Translations under genes and position numbers: made by a program | IMG/VR virus record: IMGVR_UViG_3300037991_006036 | Span: 58,294-122,293 of that record | DNA length: 64,000 nucleotides | Strand: one strand, 5' to 3' | Source: a virus | Taxonomy: Duplodnaviria > Caudoviricetes | The notes under the pieces: model-generated | Told to the model about the DNA's origin: nothing | Database searches by the model: none | The model's input: only the letters and a program-made list of their open reading frames with translations | Shown here: positions 19,813-30,000 of the stretch, one piece after another | Layout: each line of letters begins with the position of its first letter | Position numbering within the stretch: position 1 is the stretch's first letter

Positions 19813-22800
19813 TTATTTATACCCTACAAATGGAAAGGGTGGAATTCCAGTTGCTGGATTGGGTATACATAATCCTTGCATTTGTGTTAATTGTAGTTCA
19901 AAGTTTCTTGCTAACTCTCTTACTGATGGAGCTGTTCCTTCTAATCGTCCATCAATTCTTAGTTTCTTGAATGGTGGAATAGTAATTACTTGGAAAGTTG
20001 CTCCAGTTGTATTTGTCCATACAGCTCCAGTCCAAAACAATAAAGATGCTATATTGTATGTTATAGATTGAGGAATTAAGTCGTTTTGTAGTTTCTTTTT
20101 GAGGATAGCTTGTAATCGGTCTTCGTATTGTTTTTTTTCTTTATCAACTCTTCCTTTAACTTCTTTTTTTATAAAAGAAACAATTTTATCTATTTGTATA
20201 TTTACAAAACGTGTAAACTTAGCTATTAATTTTGATAATTCTTTTATTAGAAAAATTATAAAAGAGCCAGTTTGTTGGCTTAAAACTTTATGCATTTTTC
20301 GTAGAGTTGTGTACATTTTTGTACTTCCTAATTTTTCTTTAGCAGCTTGCTGTCTTCGTTCTTTTGCTTCTTGAGCTTTTCTAAAATTACTAGCAATTAA
20401 TCCTTCATTGTTTGTATCTCGTATTGGATCATCCTCATCTTTAGGCTCTACAACGCCAACCATTTGTCCTAATAATTTTCTTACTTTCACCAAATACTTT
20501 TGTTCTAAACTTATAAGGCTAGGCGCAAAACTGACCGGTTGTAAGAGATCTTCTAAAAGAACTCCTTTTGTTGTAGCTTCAATTTCTTTGAGAGTGCTGA
20601 TTAATCCTTTGGGATCTTCTATAGGTGCATCAATAAAATTTTTAACAATGTTAATATTGTTATTAACTAACCTGCCTGCAGTATTGCTAAGATCTATATT
20701 TGTTGCTTGATTTTGTACTCTATTAGCTGCTTGTAATAGATCTCGCTCCAACTCTTCGGCAAAGTTTTTTGGTCCATCTGCAACTTTAGTAGGGTTTTCT
20801 CTTAATCCTTTAATAGTTAATGATGCAATAGTAACCAACTGTTCAATCTGTTTAAGAGTTTCAATTTCTTTTAAGAATCGTTTTTTATCATCTTCTTGTT
20901 TTTTATATTGTGGACTGGACGATTCTACACCAACAGTAAAATATTGAAACTTGGCATTAGCTACTTTTTGTAGGGGTTGTTCGTTTTTGGCTGACGAAAA
21001 GTCGCCTCTTCCTATGTTTGTTCCAACTTTAGCTGCATTGGAAGCTAATAATCCTGCAGCTTGTATTTTTTGTTTTGTCTGTTGTACCTTTACCTTGTAT
21101 TGTTTTATTGTTTCTTTTTTTTCTTCGGCTGCTGCTCGTTTAGTTTCAAAGTCAGCTGTTATTGTTGGTATTGGTAGTGAAGCTATTACAGCTATTTCAA
21201 TATCTTTTGCTATACGTTTTGCTTTTGCTATTTGCTCATTAGCTATCTTTTCGGCTCTCTGCAATTGCTTATTTATAAACGATTCTACCCGCTGCAACAG
21301 TACATTTAATTTTTTTAAAACTGATATGATTGTGTTTCGAGCTCTAGTTCTAGTTGGTGCTTTTTTCCTTGAAGGTTTTTGTTTTGGTGGTATGTTTTGA
21401 AATTCTCTTAGTGAATTTTCAATAGCTATAAATTGATCTTGCAAAGCTACTATCTTTTTTTCATACTGATCGTATTTTGTGTCTGTTTGTTCGAGCAACT
21501 TCCTTATGTCAATAAAATCAACAGTTAAAGATCCTATAGATTTATTAATAGGTTCATATAACTCCTTTAAACCTTGTGCTGTTAAATAACTTCTCAACTC
21601 ACCAGAAGTGTTTGATCCAGATAAATTAATACTTGTTTCTACAACATCTTTTTTAGTTCGTTCTTTTAATTTTTCAAAATCTACTTTTAATGTGTCTATT
21701 TCTTTTGTAATCTCATCTGCAAGTTGAGTACCAGCTGTCAAAAGTGCAGTTCCGTTTTTTGTTATGGTTGTTACTAATTTTATTGCTTTTTTAGCTCGAA
21801 CAATATTAGCTTCGTTTTCTTTTTTTAATCTTTTAGCATCATCAATATACTTCTCAAACAATTTCTTTTTTTCAGATTTATTTTTACGTATAGTGAGTTC
21901 TTTTGCCTTTTTGCTGATTGCTTCTTTTTGTCTATCAAGCTCGGTTTTAATCCTTTTTTCAATGTTTTCTTTTTGAACATTTACCTTTTGTTGCAAAACT
22001 CTAATTTGAGGTTCTACAACAAACTTAATAAATTTTATAGCTTGAATTGCTTGATCAGCTTGCCGAAGTTTTCTTTGTGTAGCTTCTGTTATATTAGATT
22101 TATCGGCTATGAATTGAGTTAATAGACTGCCAAAACTTTCCGGTTCTATTAGTGTTGCTACAATTTTTGTAATTTTTTGTGCAGCTGAAGATAGTCGTTG
22201 TTTTATGTATCTTCTAGTTTGATCTTCGTTAGATGCTACACGATTAGCTTTTTCTATATATTGTATAACAATTTGTATATTGTTAAAAGTCTGACGGATT
22301 TCTCCTATAGAGCTAAGCTTAAACTCTAAGTTTTTTAAAGTCTCTATTACAGCATGTTCTTCTGGAAAAGCATCTTCAAATTTAATGTTGATATCAATAT
22401 CTGAAGCAGCTATTTGTTTTACTTCATCAGCTACTTTTAACAATTCTTCCACATAATACGCTTCCATCTCTTTAGCAGTTTCTCCTAGCTGCTTTATGTT
22501 GGCTGGAAGTTCCTTTACTTTTTGAGATAGTGTTTTAATTTGAGTTATAGTTGCTTGTATTAGTTCTTTTTGGTATTTTGCTTTTCTTATAATACCTTCA
22601 AGAGCTTTCTTTTTTTGTTCTAAATTTTCTTTTTGTAATAAAAGTTCTTTGGTGTTAAAGTATGCAAATACAGCTCTGTTGAACTTTTGTTTGCTGATAT
22701 CGTTAAATGGTAGCTTGTAGTTGTCACCAGGACCAGTGCCTACTGGAGCAGGAGCTCCTAACGCTACCGGTGAAGGTAGTGTTGGTGGTATTCCAATCGG

Positions 22801-22932
22801 TGCTCCTTTTTGAATCGTTTGTGTATAATATTTTGTCACACCATCTGCAAATTCACCAACATCTTTAAAGTTGCCGTTTTCCAGATCTTTTAATAAGGGC
22901 TGGACAAAATCTAACTCAAAATTAATTGGCAT
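19813..22932 (-). CDS. Long coiled-coil virion-associated protein
   Basis: 1039 aa. K/E/Q-rich heptads between Pro/Gly-rich termini; located between the spike and wedge genes. Confidence 0.6.
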   Translation of the reverse strand: MPINFELDFVQPLLKDLENGNFKDVGEFADGVTKYYTQTIQKGAPIGIPPTLPSPVALGAPAPVGTGPGDNYKLPFNDISKQKFNRAVFAYFNTKELLLQKENLEQKKKALEGIIRKAKYQKELIQATITQIKTLSQKVKELPANIKQLGETAKEMEAYYVEELLKVADEVKQIAASDIDINIKFEDAFPEEHAVIETLKNLEFKLSSIGEIRQTFNNIQIVIQYIEKANRVASNEDQTRRYIKQRLSSAAQKITKIVATLIEPESFGSLLTQFIADKSNITEATQRKLRQADQAIQAIKFIKFVVEPQIRVLQQKVNVQKENIEKRIKTELDRQKEAISKKAKELTIRKNKSEKKKLFEKYIDDAKRLKKENEANIVRAKKAIKLVTTITKNGTALLTAGTQLADEITKEIDTLKVDFEKLKERTKKDVVETSINLSGSNTSGELRSYLTAQGLKELYEPINKSIGSLTVDFIDIRKLLEQTDTKYDQYEKKIVALQDQFIAIENSLREFQNIPPKQKPSRKKAPTRTRARNTIISVLKKLNVLLQRVESFINKQLQRAEKIANEQIAKAKRIAKDIEIAVIASLPIPTITADFETKRAAAEEKKETIKQYKVKVQQTKQKIQAAGLLASNAAKVGTNIGRGDFSSAKNEQPLQKVANAKFQYFTVGVESSSPQYKKQEDDKKRFLKEIETLKQIEQLVTIASLTIKGLRENPTKVADGPKNFAEELERDLLQAANRVQNQATNIDLSNTAGRLVNNNINIVKNFIDAPIEDPKGLISTLKEIEATTKGVLLEDLLQPVSFAPSLISLEQKYLVKVRKLLGQMVGVVEPKDEDDPIRDTNNEGLIASNFRKAQEAKERRQQAAKEKLGSTKMYTTLRKMHKVLSQQTGSFIIFLIKELSKLIAKFTRFVNIQIDKIVSFIKKEVKGRVDKEKKQYEDRLQAILKKKLQNDLIPQSITYNIASLLFWTGAVWTNTTGATFQVITIPPFKKLRIDGRLEGTAPSVRELARNFELQLTQMQGLCIPNPATGIPPFPFVGYK

Positions 22933-24338
22933 TATGTTGGTATATTATTCAATCCTAAATCTGCATACCATAAGTTAGATTCACTATTTTTTACTCTAGC
23001 ATATGGTCCTTTAACAGCTTCGTTTGGTCTAAATTCAAAGTGCCACTCTTCCGATCTTACCGCTCTTATAAAGCCATATTTGTGAGCATTGAAAGCTAAC
23101 CATTTGTACACTGCGTCATTTAATTTTTTACTAAAGAACTTACGACTTCCAGTATTAAAATCTAAAGCAAATCCTAATCCGTGATTTGATCTTCCTGGAG
23201 GTGCTGTTGGTGCTGAAAACGCTCCTGATGTTGCATACCATATGAACGCTTCCTTTCCACTTTTTAGACCCCACATACCGTTTCCTCCTTTGCTTGTTTT
23301 GTATGTTTCTCCACCAGTCACAAACCTTTTATAGTGACTATGCCCTTTTACCCATCTACCACTATCTCGTCTCAAAGCTTCTTGTGTGGTAAACTTACCA
23401 CTCACTCCACTGTCTGAAGTCCATGACATTGCTGATCCTGCAGCAGGCCTAAATCCAGAATTACAGCTGAGGGTTATGCCTGCAGATTTTGCTGCTGCAA
23501 ACATCTTGGAGTATGCTTGTACAGCCTCTTTTGTTCCAGTTTGTTTGTTAACTCTAAATAATATTGAATACTGATTTCCATCATTATCGGAAACGGGAGA
23601 TGTTAATCTAACCGCATCCATCCCTAATGATACTGGATCTTTTGCTGCTTGAATAGTAGATGCTTTTAGTTGTATAGCAGAAGCTGGTATAGCTGTTCGT
23701 TGAAATCTATTTACTATATTAGCAACAGCTGCTGCGCTAGTTGCTTCATCTTTTATTTGCTTGAAGCCTATGTAATACAATCCAACACTTCCATACATAG
23801 TTAAGCCATATAGTAGTGCGTTGTTTTGTAACCATTTTTTTACTGCACCATCATATTCTTGTACCATAATGATACGACCATGTCGTCTAGGGTCTAGCTC
23901 TGTCGTGTTTGGAATATTGTAAACACTTGTTGGTCCTCCACTTCCACTTGGGGGAGTTGCAGCTGACTTGTATGCATCCGCTAATGGTGGATCAAAAGCT
24001 CCTTTTGCTTTAGTGACGCAATCGTTCATATATCTTTCTAAATCAGGATAATCTGTTTGTTTTGCTATTTCTAGCATTGCTTTTTCTGGATCTAATAATG
24101 GTGTCAGTGTCTCCTTAAAAGTAGATACTCCTGGTGGTGCTGCTGTTTTAAATTCATCTCGCAATTTTTTACGAAGATCATCAACCACTTCAAATTTTGA
24201 TAGATAGCTTGGCTGTAATACTAACTCTTTTGTAGTGCTCTCTTTAAGTTTTGCATTCAATGCTTGAAAATAGTCGTGTGCCTCTCTCAATACGACACTA
24301 TCTCCAAATTGTGCTAATTTTCCTTCTAATGATGCCAT
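22932..24338 (-). CDS. Tail-associated M15 (VanY-like) peptidoglycan peptidase
   Basis: SGFR..APPGRSNHGLGFALDF..KWL..NAHKYGF..SEEWHFE zinc-peptidase motifs. Confidence 0.85.
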   Translation of the reverse strand: MASLEGKLAQFGDSVVLREAHDYFQALNAKLKESTTKELVLQPSYLSKFEVVDDLRKKLRDEFKTAAPPGVSTFKETLTPLLDPEKAMLEIAKQTDYPDLERYMNDCVTKAKGAFDPPLADAYKSAATPPSGSGGPTSVYNIPNTTELDPRRHGRIIMVQEYDGAVKKWLQNNALLYGLTMYGSVGLYYIGFKQIKDEATSAAAVANIVNRFQRTAIPASAIQLKASTIQAAKDPVSLGMDAVRLTSPVSDNDGNQYSILFRVNKQTGTKEAVQAYSKMFAAAKSAGITLSCNSGFRPAAGSAMSWTSDSGVSGKFTTQEALRRDSGRWVKGHSHYKRFVTGGETYKTSKGGNGMWGLKSGKEAFIWYATSGAFSAPTAPPGRSNHGLGFALDFNTGSRKFFSKKLNDAVYKWLAFNAHKYGFIRAVRSEEWHFEFRPNEAVKGPYARVKNSESNLWYADLGLNNIPT

Positions 24339-24347
24339 AATAATATT

Positions 24348-25307
24348 TTATAACGCGTCTCCAAATAATGGTGATGCTGGTGTCTCGTAAAATCCTGCAA
24401 CTTCTGCCATAGGGTTAGTTACCGGATTAGGTGGTGGTCCTGCTGCTCCAGGTCCTCCAGCTCCTACTGCGCCTGATACTGTTCCAGTTAAGGTTCTTGG
24501 TGGAACATAGTCTTTAGCTTTTTCTTTAGCTGCTTTTACCGTCTTTAATCTCTCCGCATCTATAGTTCCGTGAGTTAAACCGTCTATGAATCCATATTCG
24601 CTAATAAGTTCAGGAAGTCTTGTTTTTAGTAATTCAAATTCTGCTAAAGAAGATGGTTGAAATACACCATTACCTAATGGTCCAGCTATTTCTGAATTTT
24701 CTAATGTTACAATGAAATCTTCTAAAAAGTTTATAAGTTTTACTCCTAAGATTAGAGGTTCATATAATTCGTCTGGTGTTGGATCACCTACTGATGCTGC
24801 TGGATCTCTTGCCTTATCTACATCTCCTGTAATCTCCTCTCCTCTATTAGGAACACCTATAAAAACCTGCTCATGACCAAATAAGGTTATAGATGTTCCT
24901 GAGTCTATGTTTACTTCTTTAGGAGAACCAATGGCAACACCCTCCTTTCCAAACATCATGGTATAATCGTCTTTGGAATTTATAACAACGCGACTGCTGT
25001 TTAGAAATATACTACCTCCAGTTGCTCCTGGAATGTAAATATTCTTTTTGCTATTATCAATTCCAAGTAATTTAGTTACATCTTGAGCTTTTACATCTAC
25101 CCTTGCATCAAAGGTTTGGTCTGACTCTTCAGAAAAAGAAAGAGCCATAACTTCGTCTTGATACTTACCTATATCAATAGTTGTAGTACCAGTGAAGGTT
25201 TGTGGACCTGTGGCTTGCTGTGCATTTATTGTAGATGCTATTGCAGGAGGTAAGCCTCCATTATTGGCAACTATCTGTTTTATTTGATCGTAAGTATATT
25301 CTGCCAT
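24348..25307 (-). CDS. Putative baseplate spike/hub protein, C-terminal-type part
   Basis: Beta-repeat segment GGSIFLNSSRVVINSK..EVNIDSGTSITL..IGV..EPLILG; position in the spike locus. Confidence 0.5.
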   Translation of the reverse strand: MAEYTYDQIKQIVANNGGLPPAIASTINAQQATGPQTFTGTTTIDIGKYQDEVMALSFSEESDQTFDARVDVKAQDVTKLLGIDNSKKNIYIPGATGGSIFLNSSRVVINSKDDYTMMFGKEGVAIGSPKEVNIDSGTSITLFGHEQVFIGVPNRGEEITGDVDKARDPAASVGDPTPDELYEPLILGVKLINFLEDFIVTLENSEIAGPLGNGVFQPSSLAEFELLKTRLPELISEYGFIDGLTHGTIDAERLKTVKAAKEKAKDYVPPRTLTGTVSGAVGAGGPGAAGPPPNPVTNPMAEVAGFYETPASPLFGDAL

Positions 25308-26452
25308 TAGTCTCCTATTTCAAGTTTGAATTGAGTAGCTAATGCAGCTGCCATTGCTTTCATTCTAGCTGCACATTTGGGTGAGTATTGAAACTCATTT
25401 GCTCCATTATTGTGTACACGTTCATTTATTATAATTAACATGTTAACAAGTGATTTTGGATTCTTGAAGAATCTATCAAACCATCCTTGATAAAAATCCT
25501 TGTTTGCGTTTGTTTTTTGAGCTTGTAACCATTTATATTGTGCTTGTATGGCTGCTACGCAGCATCCTATGCTAACTACATCAGCTGATGTTGCTGTATC
25601 ATTAAACACAAACTTATTTGAATCAAACGGAAAAGTGCTAAACTTACTTTTTTCAGCAGCTTGTATTCCTCTCTTGGCTAAAGCAGTATCGCCTCCATTC
25701 CAACCAATCATCATATTGAAATAACCCAAATATGAGTTTAGATTAGCACCCGTTAATATTGGACGTCCTAGTGCTGGATTGTTTCCGTATTGACTAATCC
25801 ACCAAACTTTTGCTGCTTGTTCAGTTGTAAATAATTGTTGAAGAAATGATTTAGTTTTAGATTGATCTATATCTCCTGCGTCACTAGGACCGAAAGAGAT
25901 CGAAGAATTGTTTTCAAATCCTAATTTAGGCTCGTATCGTGTATAAGACTTAGTCCATTTCATCACATCAACATACGCATCTGTGAGATCCCTAAAGTAT
26001 CCATACTCTAGAGGTGCAAAAGCAAAATCTAATTTTCTAGAATAAGGTTTTCCACGACCACCACTCATCATTTTCATTACTGTCTTCATAGCAATTCCTC
26101 TCATAGAGGTTAACTCTTTTGCAGTAGGATGATCCACTAACGCTACATCAACTTCTTTAATGCTAGGCCACCAAACTCCGTCAACAATTTTCCACATTAC
26201 GGATGGATGGATTCTATTTACATCTTTAGTGATGTAGGCTTCAAAATCTTTTGCAATAACTTCATCAATACGCGTATTCAAAACATCTTTAGCGGTTGAA
26301 GGTCCTGCATTCAACACTTTTAAGTAGTTTGCCCACAACGTTGAATCAGTCCCAGCTACAATACGAATTGTATGAGCTCTAGCCAACTCATCACCTTTTT
26401 CGGTTACGACTTGATTAAATCTTTGAATTGTACTTTCTGGTATTGCTCCCAT
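25307..26452 (-). CDS. Hypothetical protein in the spike locus
   Basis: 381-aa ORF translationally coupled to its neighbours; no recognisable motif. Confidence 0.6.
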   Translation of the reverse strand: MGAIPESTIQRFNQVVTEKGDELARAHTIRIVAGTDSTLWANYLKVLNAGPSTAKDVLNTRIDEVIAKDFEAYITKDVNRIHPSVMWKIVDGVWWPSIKEVDVALVDHPTAKELTSMRGIAMKTVMKMMSGGRGKPYSRKLDFAFAPLEYGYFRDLTDAYVDVMKWTKSYTRYEPKLGFENNSSISFGPSDAGDIDQSKTKSFLQQLFTTEQAAKVWWISQYGNNPALGRPILTGANLNSYLGYFNMMIGWNGGDTALAKRGIQAAEKSKFSTFPFDSNKFVFNDTATSADVVSIGCCVAAIQAQYKWLQAQKTNANKDFYQGWFDRFFKNPKSLVNMLIIINERVHNNGANEFQYSPKCAARMKAMAAALATQFKLEIGD

Positions 26453-26454
26453 AA

Positions 26455-27615
26455 TTAATCTTGTATTCCACTTAAACCAGTTTGACCTTGTGTATAGAAT
26501 CCGTTATAGCCTCCACTTCCTGGATCATTTGCTTCGTTATCTACAATTGGTGTTTCATCTTGAGGTGTGTCTGTTGGTGATGCTGTTGTAGATGGTGGCT
26601 CTTCGTTTACTTTAACATCCTCAGCTTTGTTTCCTTCCTTTGGTGCTGTTTTATTTGCTCCACTTCTAGCTGCTTCCCCATCCTTAGCTTTACCAGCCGT
26701 CTTCTTCACATCAGTGAGGACTTCGATGCCATATGTGTTTGCCCACGATGCTAGTGGATGTGCTTTATTGCCCTTATCCGGCAAAGCTAGCTCTAATGGT
26801 ATTTGTTGTGTAGATACTAAATACAAAGAAGTTCCATCTTCATTAATAGATTCTACTTCAATTGCATCATCTTCTAATTTACCCTTCTCATTTCTTCCAT
26901 TATCAACTCTCATCAACACTATAGGATCTCCAGGTGTTCCTTGTTTTCCTTTTGCCCAATCTTGATCACGCACTTGACTATCAATAGGTGTTCCAGCAAA
27001 TCTTATGCTTCCGCCAAACCGACCTTGCAATATAAAATCTCCCTCATTCAACGATACTTGTTTACGTACTATTGAATTGCCTCTTGAATCTTTGAACGAG
27101 TCTAAGTTTTTTATCTTTTTATCAAATCTCCTAGACAGCTCTCCTACTGTTCTTGCTCCTGGAAGAAACGGATTAATTCTGTCTGGATCAATTCCTATAA
27201 ATGGTGCTGAGTTTGATGTAATGTTGTTAGTGATGCTTACTACTTCTCCATAATAAGTTTTTGTAGTCATGAACACATCTGGTCCATCTAGTTTGCTAAA
27301 CTTTGCATCGTAGATTAAAACTTGTTCACCTGGTAATGGTACTTTAAAATTGCTACGATTGAGTGGATTAGCTTGTTTTGAAAGTAATGCTTCCATAAAG
27401 CTAAACGAAGTTCCTCCAGGTGATGCAAAAGCGTTTCGATAGAATATTGTACCAATTACTCTGTTTTCATCTGGATTGTATTGTGGATGGCTTTTGTCTA
27501 ATATAACATCCAACACATGACCTACTCCAGACCGATTATATGGTAAATACGGTTTGGGAGGTTGAGGTGGTGCTGGTGGCTTAAATGCGCCAAATAATCC
27601 GCTAAAAAATCCCAT
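26455..27615 (-). CDS. Putative baseplate spike/hub protein, gp5-like N-terminal part
   Basis: VPLPGEQVLI (OB-fold gp5/VgrG-like) and EGDFILQGRFGGSIRF motifs. Confidence 0.55.
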   Translation of the reverse strand: MGFFSGLFGAFKPPAPPQPPKPYLPYNRSGVGHVLDVILDKSHPQYNPDENRVIGTIFYRNAFASPGGTSFSFMEALLSKQANPLNRSNFKVPLPGEQVLIYDAKFSKLDGPDVFMTTKTYYGEVVSITNNITSNSAPFIGIDPDRINPFLPGARTVGELSRRFDKKIKNLDSFKDSRGNSIVRKQVSLNEGDFILQGRFGGSIRFAGTPIDSQVRDQDWAKGKQGTPGDPIVLMRVDNGRNEKGKLEDDAIEVESINEDGTSLYLVSTQQIPLELALPDKGNKAHPLASWANTYGIEVLTDVKKTAGKAKDGEAARSGANKTAPKEGNKAEDVKVNEEPPSTTASPTDTPQDETPIVDNEANDPGSGGYNGFYTQGQTGLSGIQD

Positions 27616-27618
27616 ATT

Positions 27619-27960
27619 CTATCCTTTATCTAATAAATCTTGTGCAGCATCCATTAATTGTTGCTTTTCAGCCTCTGTTAACATACCTTCATCGCTAGTG
27701 TTATTTTTAGCGCTAGAAACAAGTAATCGCTGCACAATTGCAGTTAATTTTACTAGATTATCGTCGTTTTTTACAGAAACTTCGAGATATTCCTTAATTA
27801 AAGGAACCATCATAGAAGCATCTGTCATATTTCTAATCATAGGTTTTAACTGCTCGATTAAACCAGTGATTTGTGCTTCTTTCTTTTTGGTATTGTTATA
27901 AATATCTTTCAGAAGGTCTGAAAAATTCTTATCGTCAAATAATGGTGAATCTTTATCCAT
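27619..27960 (-). CDS. Conserved hypothetical helical protein
   Basis: 113 aa; first gene after a late motif. Confidence 0.7.
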   Translation of the reverse strand: MDKDSPLFDDKNFSDLLKDIYNNTKKKEAQITGLIEQLKPMIRNMTDASMMVPLIKEYLEVSVKNDDNLVKLTAIVQRLLVSSAKNNTSDEGMLTEAEKQQLMDAAQDLLDKG

Positions 27961-27972
27961 AATGCCTTTCTA

Positions 27973-27980
27973 TATAAATA
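27973..27980 (-). promoter_or_regulatory. Putative late promoter TATTTATA
   Basis: CTATTTATATA upstream of 27960, at the head of the tail operon. Confidence 0.55.
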
Positions 27981-27995
27981 GGTGAGAGGTAAGTT

Positions 27996-28241
27996 TTACG
28001 ATTCTCCTCGACTCTCAATCTCTTCTAAGTAGGCATATAATTTTTTGATACGAATGCCTGCTGTCCAAGCTATTCTGTTTTCGTAGAATCCTAATTCTGT
28101 TAATTTATCTTCTATATCTGGTTCTAAAGCGTCAAACTCAAATGCTAATAAATTTGGTGTACCATTACAAACACTCTCCCATGCTTTTATTTCGTCATGG
28201 ATGAAATCTCGAATATAGTCTTGTGATACATTTATTAACAC
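27996..28241 (-). CDS. Hypothetical protein
   Basis: 81 aa; GTG start coupled to the upstream stop. Confidence 0.6.
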   Translation of the reverse strand: MLINVSQDYIRDFIHDEIKAWESVCNGTPNLLAFEFDALEPDIEDKLTELGFYENRIAWTAGIRIKKLYAYLEEIESRGES

Positions 28242-29002
28242 TACTTTTCTATTTCGTATATTTTATCTTTTGGGATATATCCCTTTTCAAGAAAATCGCT
28301 GTACATATGTTTCCATCGTAACTTCATATCTTTTACAACTTTAGTAATTTGTTGTGTATTAGCATTAGTCATCTCACGAATATATACATACAATGCTTTT
28401 TTGTTGAAGATCTCAATTCTATCTCTTTTTCTAAACAACTCCAATACCGCCTCAGCTAATCTTTGGTCACGTTCTTTTTTATAATACAACTCAACTTTAT
28501 CATCCCAATACTCCAAATACTTATCAAAAAACTTCTCTAAGTCTGGACCTTCTTCATCTGCAGTTGGGGTTGAGTCAGCTATCTCAATAGACAAATCATA
28601 ATCGATTCGTTTTGTTTCGATTAGCTTTTTATAATTTTTTCTGTTTTTTAGAATGCAATAATTCTTAGCAACCATACTGAAGTAACTAAACGCTTTACTG
28701 CCTTTCTCAGGTTTAAACTTAGGTAACTTTTCGCATAAGAAAGAAACTACCTCATGCTGGACTTCATGTAAAGGAACATTATCGGTATAATAAAACTTGA
28801 AGGTGTGTATGATGTTTTCAACCAACTTTTCCATTGGATACTTAATCTCCCTTTCGTATATTCTACTTTTTATTTCCGGATCTTCTGTTGCGTTGTATTT
28901 GATGATGCTTTGGTCTACTTCCGGTCCAAAGTATTGTTTTTTACTCTTTCTCGTTCTCTTTTTCTTCTGCGTCATTAGATATATACTTTTTAACAAACTC
29001 AT
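28241..29002 (-). CDS. Phage sigma-like (T4 gp55-like) transcription factor; true start probably MTQKKK at ~28975
   Basis: Sigma region-2-like segment LCEKLPKFKPEKGSKAFSYFSMVAKNY. Confidence 0.6.
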   Translation of the reverse strand: MSLLKSIYLMTQKKKRTRKSKKQYFGPEVDQSIIKYNATEDPEIKSRIYEREIKYPMEKLVENIIHTFKFYYTDNVPLHEVQHEVVSFLCEKLPKFKPEKGSKAFSYFSMVAKNYCILKNRKNYKKLIETKRIDYDLSIEIADSTPTADEEGPDLEKFFDKYLEYWDDKVELYYKKERDQRLAEAVLELFRKRDRIEIFNKKALYVYIREMTNANTQQITKVVKDMKLRWKHMYSDFLEKGYIPKDKIYEIEK

Positions 29003-29273
29003 CTAAGTCTGTGGTTGCTTCCTTAATTTCTTTGAATATAAATCCAGTCTCGTCGTCTGCTTCAAAGGAACCTAAACGATCTACGTCTTTCATTCTCTTG
29101 TAAGCTCTATTTGTACGAAGTGCTATAACAGATAGCATTCTAACATAAAGCTCAAGGTACGCCATTAATTTTTCTGATTTTCTAAACTGAATGATAAGAA
29201 GCCATATTGCTACAGCTAACAAAACAGACAGCGTTATAACTGCTACTAACATATTACTTGAATAATTGATCAA
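28941..29273 (-). CDS. Membrane-anchored hypothetical protein
   Basis: N-terminal TM helix followed by DRLGSFEADDETGFIF. Confidence 0.65.
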   Translation of the reverse strand: MINYSSNMLVAVITLSVLLAVAIWLLIIQFRKSEKLMAYLELYVRMLSVIALRTNRAYKRMKDVDRLGSFEADDETGFIFKEIKEATTDLDEFVKKYISNDAEEKENEKE

Positions 29274-30000
29274 ACGCGTTTTTCAGATTATCCTTATCTG
29301 ATTCTGTAACGCTTGTATTTTTTCTTTTAGAAGTTTTCTTTTCTGGAAAGGTTGCTACTGGTTCACCTTTTTGCATATTAGACTCGATTCGAGCTGCCAT
29401 TGCATCTGCTTGATGTAACACATAAGGAAGATTAGTACGCAAAGCGCTATCCGGATTCCAACTAACGTAGTATGGTTTATTAGCTTCTTCATACATGCCA
29501 TCGTGAAGTTTGATTCCAAACCACTCGTTATCAGTAATAGTGATACCTCTATCATATAGAAGTTTTAATCCTCTATCTGGAACAGTCATAAAAGCATTAA
29601 CTGGATTGTTTGTGTATAGCTTTCCTTGATTCTTTCTATGCCAGTCAGATGGATTATGAATATACTGCTCAGCTTCTTCAGTTCCTATTTTTCCTAAGTC
29701 ATGATTCATTGCAGAGAATATTAATTCTTCTGTAGTATAATCTTTTGTTGCACCATGCTTACTCCAAAGCTCATCTACATCTAATGCACATTGCATAACA
29801 CGTATGACGTGATCTACATATCCACCAATAAAGCAATTGTGATAGTGAGCTGTACCTGAGGCAGGCATCATCATGATACGCTCTTCATGATCTGTGTATA
29901 ACTTTTTTAACTTTTCTTTTCTTTCTCCAGTAATGTATTGATCAATGAAGGATAGAAAGGTTTTATAATTCTCTTGTAACTGTTCGGCTGTATAATTCAT
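29254..30000 (-). CDS. HD-domain phosphohydrolase (YhaM-like)
   Basis: PAS..YHNCFIGGYVDH..HDLGK..HDG..LHQAD metal-binding motifs. Confidence 0.85.
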   Translation of the reverse strand: MNYTAEQLQENYKTFLSFIDQYITGERKEKLKKLYTDHEERIMMMPASGTAHYHNCFIGGYVDHVIRVMQCALDVDELWSKHGATKDYTTEELIFSAMNHDLGKIGTEEAEQYIHNPSDWHRKNQGKLYTNNPVNAFMTVPDRGLKLLYDRGITITDNEWFGIKLHDGMYEEANKPYYVSWNPDSALRTNLPYVLHQADAMAARIESNMQKGEPVATFPEKKTSKRKNTSVTESDKDNLKNAFDQLFK

